Below, piece by piece: positions 57,209 to 64,000 of a DNA stretch of 64,000 bases. Both the position numbers and the translations under genes were made by a program. The stretch is taken from contig SVQZ01000005.1 in the NCBI GenBank assembly GCA_015065105.1, forward strand, positions 35,412 to 99,411, in the 5' to 3' direction. The DNA is from Oscillospiraceae bacterium. Lineage in GTDB: Bacteria > Bacillota > Clostridia > Oscillospirales > CAG-272. Numbering within the stretch: the stretch's first letter is position 1; every line of letters begins with the position of its first letter. The notes under the pieces were generated by a model that made no database searches, was not told the DNA's origin, and saw nothing but the letters and a program-made list of their open reading frames with translations.

Positions 57209-58273
57209 TCACTCAAATATTGCTTTAAAATCTTCGTCATTTTTTATAGCATCAAAGCATCGCCGGGTTGACATATTTTTTATATCGTCAAGCAGACGAC
57301 CCATGGTGGTATGAGCAAAGTTCCTTGTATCAATGGTTATTTTATCGAATATCGGTGTAGTAAAGCTATATTTACCCGGGGAGATATACACGATCCTGTC
57401 ATATTCCCTTGCGTGGTATATTGATTTTATTAGATTTGACTTTGCATTTTCAAGATCACCCGATGATACGGCAAGCTCTGCTTTCTTGAAACAGCTATGC
57501 GCCATTTCGAAATGGAAATAGAGATAATTACCATCGGTAAACACAGCCTCCATAAGCCTTATTGCGGTATCGGCGGTATATTTAACATCGGCAATACCGT
57601 TCCATACAAGGGCGGTTATAACATCCTGAAAATACTCAAGGGTATATTCTTGTTTATGCTTGAGTTTTTCCTCTCCCTCAAGGCAGCTTGCCAAAAGCTC
57701 TTTTTTGTTGCTCATCATAGGCCCGTCGGGATAAAGCTCAACATATTTCCTTGCTTCTTCCCTGCAACCCTTGCTGCAAAGGCATTGAACTATTCCGGTT
57801 ATAGCCATACATTTGATTTTAGTATCTTCGGCATTTTCTATAACGGTATCAAAGAGCTTTATTGCCCTTTCCCTTTCCGCTTTAAACCCGTTATCATCCT
57901 TAATTCCCGTAGCGGCGCACCAGATATCCCATGCGTAACGGTTCAGCCATTCCATATCTCCGGGGAATTCCTTTATTGCTCTTTCGTCAATTTCGATACG
58001 CTTCTCCATATCTCCGGTTTTGTAGGTATCGTTATATGCATCCTCAAGCTCCTTGCGCAACGCACTTTGTTCATCCTTATCCATTCCCAAAAGCTCATCG
58101 GCAGTAACATTGAAAAGCTTAGCCAAAGGGACTATTAAGGAAAGATCGGGGCTTGAAAGACCGCATTCCCATTTTGAAACTGCCTGATACGATACGCAAA
58201 GAAAATCAGCCAGCTTTTCCTGAGTCATGTCATTCTTTTTTCGCAGTTGTTTTATTTTTTCGCCTATGGTCAT
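57209..58273 (-). CDS. XRE-family HTH regulator with a large helical (TPR/RNPP-like) C-terminal domain
   Basis: 354 aa. IGEKIKQLRKKNDMTQEKLADFLCVSYQAVSKWECG is a canonical HTH_XRE. The remaining roughly 290 aa is helix-rich. The TPR-like call is inference. Confidence 0.75.
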   Translation of the reverse strand: MTIGEKIKQLRKKNDMTQEKLADFLCVSYQAVSKWECGLSSPDLSLIVPLAKLFNVTADELLGMDKDEQSALRKELEDAYNDTYKTGDMEKRIEIDERAIKEFPGDMEWLNRYAWDIWCAATGIKDDNGFKAERERAIKLFDTVIENAEDTKIKCMAITGIVQCLCSKGCREEARKYVELYPDGPMMSNKKELLASCLEGEEKLKHKQEYTLEYFQDVITALVWNGIADVKYTADTAIRLMEAVFTDGNYLYFHFEMAHSCFKKAELAVSSGDLENAKSNLIKSIYHAREYDRIVYISPGKYSFTTPIFDKITIDTRNFAHTTMGRLLDDIKNMSTRRCFDAIKNDEDFKAIFE

Positions 58274-58425
58274 ATTATCACCTCATGAATTTATTAAAAA
58301 CCGGTTTTCTGATTTAAGTATATCATAAATGCCGTAAATTACAATAACCGATTTTTCGAGGGGAATGCAACTGCCGGTTGAATTCGACATTCAGTTCCCG
58401 AAGTGGAGCGAACGATTAAAAAAGA

Positions 58426-58444
58426 TTGTAACCTAAGGTTACAA
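58426..58444. promoter_or_regulatory. Palindrome TTGTAACC-N3-GGTTACAA upstream of the XRE gene (possible operator)
   Basis: Perfect 8-bp arms, about 150 nt upstream of the regulator's start codon. Confidence 0.3.
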
Positions 58445-58493
58445 ATTTAATATGATGAAATATCTTAATTAAGCGATGAGAGCGTGTAAACCT

Positions 58494-58806
58494 GTAGGGA
58501 AGGCAGACCCTTGCCTTCCGCTAACAAACAAACGAATTATATAAATCTGAACGTCTATAACGAAACGTTGAATACCCATATACTGTAGGGAATGCAGACC
58601 ACTGCATTCCGTTACAAACAATAGATTTATTAAATACGAATAAGTAAACCAAAAACAGTTCTTACATCATAATTTATAGTTCTATAATGGAATGCAGAGG
58701 ACTGCATTCCCTACCGGTTTGTTGGTTCTTACTGTATTTTTTTAAGACGTATAGTTACTGTAAATCATTCGTAATTTCCCGGAAGGCAAGGGTCTGCCTT
58801 CCATAC
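58494..58806. repeat. Mirror-symmetric array of four GTAG-plus-hairpin (REP-like) elements
   Basis: A, 58494-58519: GTAG ggaaggcagacccttgccttcc. B, 58585-58610: GTAG ggaatgcagaccactgcattcc. B', 58689-58714: ggaatgcagaggactgcattcc CTAC. A', 58781-58806: exact reverse complement of the A core, followed by ATAC. Spacings are 91, about 100 and 92 nt. Confidence 0.55.
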
Positions 58807-58877
58807 AAAAACTAACCAAAATCCCACCTACGGTAATAAACAAACATAATATCAAACAACATACCGCAGTAATACAA

Positions 58878-58907
58878 AAAGCTCCCTTCCGGAGAAAGGA
58901 GCTTTTA
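58878..58907 (-). terminator. Intrinsic terminator of rpoC
   Basis: aaaagctcc...ggagctttt stem. On the minus strand it is followed by TTTTTGTATT. Confidence 0.65.
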
Positions 58908-58914
58908 AAATTAA

Positions 58915-61900
58915 TTATTCAGCTATTGTTGTGTCTTGGGCAGGAGCTTCCGCTTTGCCTACTTCAACGTCACGGTAGCAAGCCATACCTGTACCTGCAG
59001 GGATAAGCTTACCGATGATAACGTTTTCCTTAAGACCCATAAGGTTATCGACCTTACCCTTGATAGCCGCTTCTGTAAGAACCTTTGTTGTTTCCTGGAA
59101 GGAAGCAGCGGAAAGGAAGGATTCGGTCTGGAGAGATGCCTTGGTAATACCGAGAAGCATGGGAGATGCAACTGCAAGGCGGAGCTCACGTTCACCTGCA
59201 TCGATACGAGCCTGAATTACTTCATTTTCGCTTTCGAAATCGGAAACGTCAACAACAGAGCCGAGAAGCATTGTAGAATCGCCTTCGTCCTCGATCTTAA
59301 CCTTTCTGGTCATCTGACGGGCAATAACCTCGATATGCTTATCGTTGATCTCAACCGACTGCATACGGTAAACTCTCTGAACCTCACGGATGATGTAGTC
59401 ATAAACCGCATCAAGACCGTTGATCTTAGTAATATCAGCAAGACTCATATTACCTTCGGTGATAGCCTGACCTCTGCCGACGATATCGCCCTCACCAACG
59501 AGGATATGGATACCGTAAGGAACTGCATAGGTCTTTTCTTCACCCGAATCAGTGGTAACAATAACGTTTCTTGCACGCTTCGCATCCTGGATACGGACTA
59601 CACCGTTAACCTCGGATACGATAGCAGTCTTCTTGGGACGGCGGGCTTCGAAGAGCTCTTCAACTCTGGGAAGACCGTTTGTAATGTCGGATCCCGCAAC
59701 ACCGCCGGTATGGAAGGTTCTCATCGTAAGCTGTGTACCGGGCTCACCGATAGACTGAGCAGCAATGATGCCTACAGACTCACCAACGTTAACAGGCTTA
59801 CCGGATGCAAGGTCGGCACCGTAACAGTGAGCACAAACACCGTGCTTGCACTTACAACGGAGGATGGTACGGATGTACGCCTTTTCAATACCTGCGGCAA
59901 TGATCTCTTTAACCTGTTCCTCGGTGATCATAGTATCATCGGGAACGATTACCTGACCTGCCTTTTCATGACCTTCGGGATATACGATATCGCCAATGGG
60001 GAACCTGCCTAAAAGTCTGTCTGCGAAGGGCTCGATGGTGTCCTTACCGTCAACGATAGCGGATACCCAGATACCTTCCTTGGAGTGACAGTTGTCCTCG
60101 CGGATGATAACCTCCTGAGATACGTCAACAAGACGTCTTGTAAGGTATCCCGAGTCAGCCGTACGAAGCGCTGTATCCGAAAGTGACTTACGCGCACCGC
60201 GGGCAGCGATGAAGTACTCGAGGATGTTAAGACCTTCACGGAAGTTGGACTTGATCGGGATCTCCATGGTACGGCCGTTCGCCGCAAACATAAGACCACG
60301 CATACCTGCTAACTGACGGAGCTGTGTGGTATTACCGCGGGCTCCGGAGTCGATCATCATCTTGATGGAATTGTATTTATCAAAACCGCTCTGGAGAGAA
60401 GCAACAACGTCCTTGGTTGTGTCCTCCCAGATCTTGATAACGCTTCTGTAACGCTCGTCCTCGGTCAAACGGCCTCTTTCGAAGTGAGCCTGAATACGGT
60501 CAACCTGCTTTTCAGCCTCGGAAACCAATTCATATTTTGCACCGGGGATGTCGATATCCGCAACAGAGATAGAGATAGCCGCACGGGTAGAATACTTATA
60601 ACCCATGCTCTTGATGTTGTCAAGAACCTCGCTTGTTACGGCAAAGCCGTGCTTGTGGATACAGAGGTCAACTATCTGACCTAACTGCTTCTTCTTACAC
60701 TCGAACATGATCTCGAGGTCAAGAAGCTTGGAGGGATCGCTGCGGTCAACAAAACCGAGATCCTGAGGAATAGCCTGGTTGAATATCATTCTGCCGAGGG
60801 TAGCATCGATAATACCGGTATGAACTACTCCGTCTATTTCCTTGGACACACGAACCTTAATGGGGGCGTGAAGTCCGAGATAACCGTTTTCATAAGCCAA
60901 CATAGCTTCGTTGAAGGAGGTATATACGCTTCCTTCACCGGGCTCTCCTGCCTTATCTATGGTAAGGTAGTAAGAACCGAGCACCATATCCTGAGAAGGA
61001 ACGGTAACAGCTCTGCCGTCCGCGGGCTTTAAGAGGTTGTTTGCAGAAAGCATGAGGAATCTTGCCTCAGCCTGTGCTTCTGCGGAAAGGGGTACGTGAA
61101 CAGGCATCTGGTCACCGTCGAAGTCTGCGTTAAACGCGGAGCACACGAGGGGATGAAGCTTGATAGCTCTACCTTCAACAAGGATGGGCTCGAACGCCTG
61201 AATAGAAAGACGGTGAAGTGTAGGCGCACGGTTGAGAAGCACGGGGTGACCCTTTATTACTACTTCAAGAGCATCCCAAACCTCGGGGCTTACCTTGTCA
61301 ACCTTCTTCTTTGCGTCCTTGATGTTGGATGCCTTCTGTGTTTCAACAAGTCTCTTCATTACAAAGGGCTTGAAGAGCTCAAGTGCCATTTCACGGGGGA
61401 GACCGCACTGGTAGATCTTAAGCTCGGGTCCTACAACGATAACAGAACGTCCGGAATAGTCAACACGCTTACCGAGAAGGTTCTGTCTGAAACGTCCCTG
61501 CTTACCGCGGAGCATTTCGGAAAGAGACTTGAGAGGTCTGTTGTTGGGGCCTGTAACGGGCTTGCCTCTTCTTCCGTTGTCAATGAGCGCGTCAACCGCT
61601 TCCTGAAGCATACGCTTCTCGTTGCGGATGATTATTTCGGGAGCCATAAGCTCCTTAAGTCTGAAAAGACGGTTGTTTCTGTTAATTACTCTGCGGTAAA
61701 GATCGTTTAAGTCGGAGGATGCAAAGCGTCCGCCGTCGAGCTGTACCATAGGTCTGATCTCAGGGGGAATTACGGGAAGCACGTCAAGGATCATCCACTC
61801 GGGACGGTTACCCGACTTTCTGAACGCCTCAACTACCTCGAGACGCTTGATAATACGGAGCTTCTTCTGTCCGCTTGCCTGTGCAAGCTCAGCCTTAAGC

Positions 61901-62466
61901 TGTTCGGAAAGAGCTGTGATATCAAGTTCTGCAAGGAGCTCCTTAACTGCCTCTGCACCCATACCAACGCGGAAATCGTTCTCGTAACGCTCGTAGTTTT
62001 CTCTGTACTCACGCTCTGTCAAGAGCTGATACTTCTGAAGGGGAGTGTTACCGGGATCGATTACGATATACTGTGCAAAGTAAAGTACCTTTTCAAGTAA
62101 TCTTGCGGAGATGTCGAGCAAAAGACCCATTCTGGAAGGGATAGCTCTGAAATACCAGATGTGAGAAACGGGAGCTGCAAGCTCAATGTGACCCATTCTC
62201 TCACGGCGCACCTTCTTTGTGGTTACCTCAACGCCGCACTTTTCACATACCTTACCCTTATAGCGAACTCTCTTGTACTTTCCGCAAAGACATTCCCAGT
62301 CCTTTGTAGGGCCAAAGATCCTTTCGCAGAAAAGACCGTCCTTTTCGGCTTTAAGCGTACGGTAGTTGATGGTCTCGGGCTTCTTTACCTCGCCGAAAGA
62401 CCAGCTTCTTATCATTTCAGGAGAAGCCAGACCTATTTTAATAGAATCAAATGCATTGTTTGCCAT
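58915..62466 (-). CDS. rpoC: DNA-directed RNA polymerase subunit beta'
   Basis: 1183 aa. NADFDGDQM catalytic motif and an N-terminal zinc-binding Cys cluster. Confidence 0.98.
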   Translation of the reverse strand: MANNAFDSIKIGLASPEMIRSWSFGEVKKPETINYRTLKAEKDGLFCERIFGPTKDWECLCGKYKRVRYKGKVCEKCGVEVTTKKVRRERMGHIELAAPVSHIWYFRAIPSRMGLLLDISARLLEKVLYFAQYIVIDPGNTPLQKYQLLTEREYRENYERYENDFRVGMGAEAVKELLAELDITALSEQLKAELAQASGQKKLRIIKRLEVVEAFRKSGNRPEWMILDVLPVIPPEIRPMVQLDGGRFASSDLNDLYRRVINRNNRLFRLKELMAPEIIIRNEKRMLQEAVDALIDNGRRGKPVTGPNNRPLKSLSEMLRGKQGRFRQNLLGKRVDYSGRSVIVVGPELKIYQCGLPREMALELFKPFVMKRLVETQKASNIKDAKKKVDKVSPEVWDALEVVIKGHPVLLNRAPTLHRLSIQAFEPILVEGRAIKLHPLVCSAFNADFDGDQMPVHVPLSAEAQAEARFLMLSANNLLKPADGRAVTVPSQDMVLGSYYLTIDKAGEPGEGSVYTSFNEAMLAYENGYLGLHAPIKVRVSKEIDGVVHTGIIDATLGRMIFNQAIPQDLGFVDRSDPSKLLDLEIMFECKKKQLGQIVDLCIHKHGFAVTSEVLDNIKSMGYKYSTRAAISISVADIDIPGAKYELVSEAEKQVDRIQAHFERGRLTEDERYRSVIKIWEDTTKDVVASLQSGFDKYNSIKMMIDSGARGNTTQLRQLAGMRGLMFAANGRTMEIPIKSNFREGLNILEYFIAARGARKSLSDTALRTADSGYLTRRLVDVSQEVIIREDNCHSKEGIWVSAIVDGKDTIEPFADRLLGRFPIGDIVYPEGHEKAGQVIVPDDTMITEEQVKEIIAAGIEKAYIRTILRCKCKHGVCAHCYGADLASGKPVNVGESVGIIAAQSIGEPGTQLTMRTFHTGGVAGSDITNGLPRVEELFEARRPKKTAIVSEVNGVVRIQDAKRARNVIVTTDSGEEKTYAVPYGIHILVGEGDIVGRGQAITEGNMSLADITKINGLDAVYDYIIREVQRVYRMQSVEINDKHIEVIARQMTRKVKIEDEGDSTMLLGSVVDVSDFESENEVIQARIDAGERELRLAVASPMLLGITKASLQTESFLSAASFQETTKVLTEAAIKGKVDNLMGLKENVIIGKLIPAGTGMACYRDVEVGKAEAPAQDTTIAE

Positions 62467-62483
62467 ATTTGCTTTCTCCTTTC

Positions 62484-64000
62484 TTATTCTTCATCATAAT
62501 CGTCTGCACCGAAGTCGTCATCGTCAAATTCGTCATCGAATGCATATTCGTCATCATCCTCTGCGTGTTCCTCCTGGGCTGCATCAAAGATATCGTCGGT
62601 TTCAACCATATCTCCGAGATCCTCCTGAGAAACGTAAACAGGGAGGTTATCTTCTTCCTCACCGAGGGTGGAAAGCTCTATTTCGTTGCCCTCACTGTCG
62701 AGAACACGAACGTCGAGACAGAGAGACTGAAGCTCCTTAACAAGAACCTTGAAGGATTCGGGAACACCGGGATTGGGGATGTTCTCACCCTTAACGATAG
62801 CCTCATAGGTCTTAACACGTCCTGTTACGTCGTCAGACTTAACGGTAAGGATCTCCTGGAGGGTATAAGCCGCGCCGTATGCCTCAAGCGCCCAAACCTC
62901 CATTTCTCCGAAACGCTGACCGCCGAACTGGGCTTTACCGCCGAGGGGCTGCTGTGTAACGAGGGAGTAGGGACCTGTGGATCTTGCGTGGATCTTATCG
63001 TCAACAAGGTGATGGAGCTTAAGGTAGTACATGATACCTACTGTAACGGGGTTATCGAAGGGTTCACCCGTTCTGCCATCGTAAAGAATGCTCTTACCGT
63101 TACGGTTCATGCCTGCCATTTCAAGACAGTTTGCGATATCCTGCTCGTTTGCGCCGTCGAACACAGGGGTCATGATCTTCCAACCGAGACGCTTTGCAGC
63201 GATACCGAGGTGTACCTCGAGCACCTGACCGATATTCATTCGGGAAGGAACGCCCAGAGGATTAAGAACGATATCAAGGGGAGTACCGTCTGCCAGGAAG
63301 GGCATATCTTCGGGAGGAAGGATACGGGAAACGACACCCTTGTTACCGTGACGTCCCGCCATCTTGTCACCAACCGAGATCTTACGCTTCTGTGCAATAT
63401 ATACACGAACTACCTTGTTAACACCGGGAGAAAGCTCGTCGCCGTTTTCACGGGAGAAGACCTTAACGTCAACAACGATACCGCTTTCACCGTGGGGGAG
63501 ACGAAGAGAGGTATCTCTTACTTCTCTCGCCTTTTCACCGAAGATGGCACGTAAGAGTCTTTCCTCCGCGGTAAGCTCTGTTTCACCCTTGGGTGTAACC
63601 TTACCAACGAGGATGTCGCCTGCGCGAACCTCCGTACCCTTACGGATGATACCCTCAGCGGTAAGATCCTTCAACGCATCGTCACCAACGTTGGGAACCT
63701 CGCGTGTGATCTCTTCCGGACCGAGCTTGGTATCTCTTGCTTCGTGTGAATATTCTTCTATATGAATGGATGTATAAACATCGTTACGAACGAGGTTTTC
63801 GTTAAGAAGTACCGCGTCCTCGTAGTTGTAACCTTCCCAGGTCATGAAGCCGATGAGAGCGTTCTTACCGAGGGAGATCTCACCGTTAGAGGTTGCGGGG
63901 CCGTCTGCGATAACCTGTCCTTTTTCAACGTAGTCGCCTACGTTTACCAAGGGTCTCTGGTTTATACAGGTGCCCTGGTTGGAGCGCTTGAACTTAATGA
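62484..64000 (-). CDS. rpoB: DNA-directed RNA polymerase subunit beta, C-terminal part (5' end outside the window)
   Basis: The frame is open to the window edge. ...[19 protein letters not shown]...[24 protein letters not shown].... Ends in an acidic tail. Confidence 0.97.
   Translation of the reverse strand, partial: IKFKRSNQGTCINQRPLVNVGDYVEKGQVIADGPATSNGEISLGKNALIGFMTWEGYNYEDAVLLNENLVRNDVYTSIHIEEYSHEARDTKLGPEEITREVPNVGDDALKDLTAEGIIRKGTEVRAGDILVGKVTPKGETELTAEERLLRAIFGEKAREVRDTSLRLPHGESGIVVDVKVFSRENGDELSPGVNKVVRVYIAQKRKISVGDKMAGRHGNKGVVSRILPPEDMPFLADGTPLDIVLNPLGVPSRMNIGQVLEVHLGIAAKRLGWKIMTPVFDGANEQDIANCLEMAGMNRNGKSILYDGRTGEPFDNPVTVGIMYYLKLHHLVDDKIHARSTGPYSLVTQQPLGGKAQFGGQRFGEMEVWALEAYGAAYTLQEILTVKSDDVTGRVKTYEAIVKGENIPNPGVPESFKVLVKELQSLCLDVRVLDSEGNEIELSTLGEEEDNLPVYVSQEDLGDMVETDDIFDAAQEEHAEDDDEYAFDDEFDDDDFGADDYDEE

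Noticed and set aside
62484-62660. Highly acidic roughly 55-aa C-terminal tail of RpoB (…[29 protein letters not shown])
   Set aside because: Acidic C-terminal extensions of the beta subunit occur in other Firmicutes, including Bacillus. It is probably a lineage feature, not a novelty.
58936-63554. Long plus-strand ORFs 58936..60012, 61096..61710 and 62451..63554
   Set aside because: All are antisense shadows of rpoC and rpoB. They have no Shine-Dalgarno and low-complexity, odd composition.
1-64000. rRNA, tRNA, tmRNA, CRISPR arrays, integrases, transposases and prophage genes
   Set aside because: I scanned the intergenic regions by eye for tRNA T-arm-like GGTTCGA motifs, for regularly spaced direct repeats and for recombinase-like ORFs. 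I recognised none. A tRNAscan/Infernal run would be the definitive check.

Overview
This is a 64-kb chromosomal segment from a spore-forming Firmicute of the class Clostridia. A family-level guess of Oscillospiraceae/Ruminococcaceae is low confidence.

Core genome. Most of the window is housekeeping:
- an L-rhamnose cluster (SIS-domain gene, rhaA, rhaB, two TIM-barrel isomerase-like genes)
- mutS2 and the recO-era-ybeY-phoH-yqfD-yqfC block
- a Cys-rich small ORF, DUF3343 and cysteine-desulfurase module
- a second sugar cluster with a RhaEW-like aldolase/SDR fusion
- uvrB and uvrA, separated by an SLH-domain gene
- on the minus strand, rpoB (partial), rpoC, an inserted XRE/TPR-like regulator, rpsL, rpsG, fusA, tuf and two VanZ genes

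I recognised no rRNA, tRNA, CRISPR array, integrase or transposase.

Accessory region (about 17.5-32.9 kb). Its centre is a roughly 2,150-codon Rhs/YD-repeat polymorphic-toxin gene. It has a Sec signal peptide and resembles WapA, and I saw no PAAR, LXG or WXG features. An AT-rich cassette array follows it:
- immunity candidate 1
- an orphan module that repeats the last 369 nt of the Rhs core (about 89% identical, counted by hand), fused to a different C-terminal tip
- immunity candidate 2
- a hairpin-dense spacer
- a second orphan that keeps only about 16 core codons, fused to a third tip with a caspase/CHAT-like His...Cys dyad
- immunity candidate 3

I could not assign any of the three tips to a named toxin family by eye, so this locus is the best candidate for new biology. 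Two translationally coupled SLH-anchored enzymes lie next to it.

Other observations:
- a roughly 325-bp MITE-like element with 39-bp terminal inverted repeats; it supplies the stop codon of a VanZ gene
- a mirror-symmetric array of four GTAG-plus-hairpin (REP-like) elements between rpoC and the XRE gene
- a frameshifted sigma-70/ECF-type gene next to a large anti-sigma-like membrane protein
- a hairpin that sequesters the ribosome-binding site of the DUF3343 gene

All calls come from reading the sequence and the ORF translations. No database search was run.
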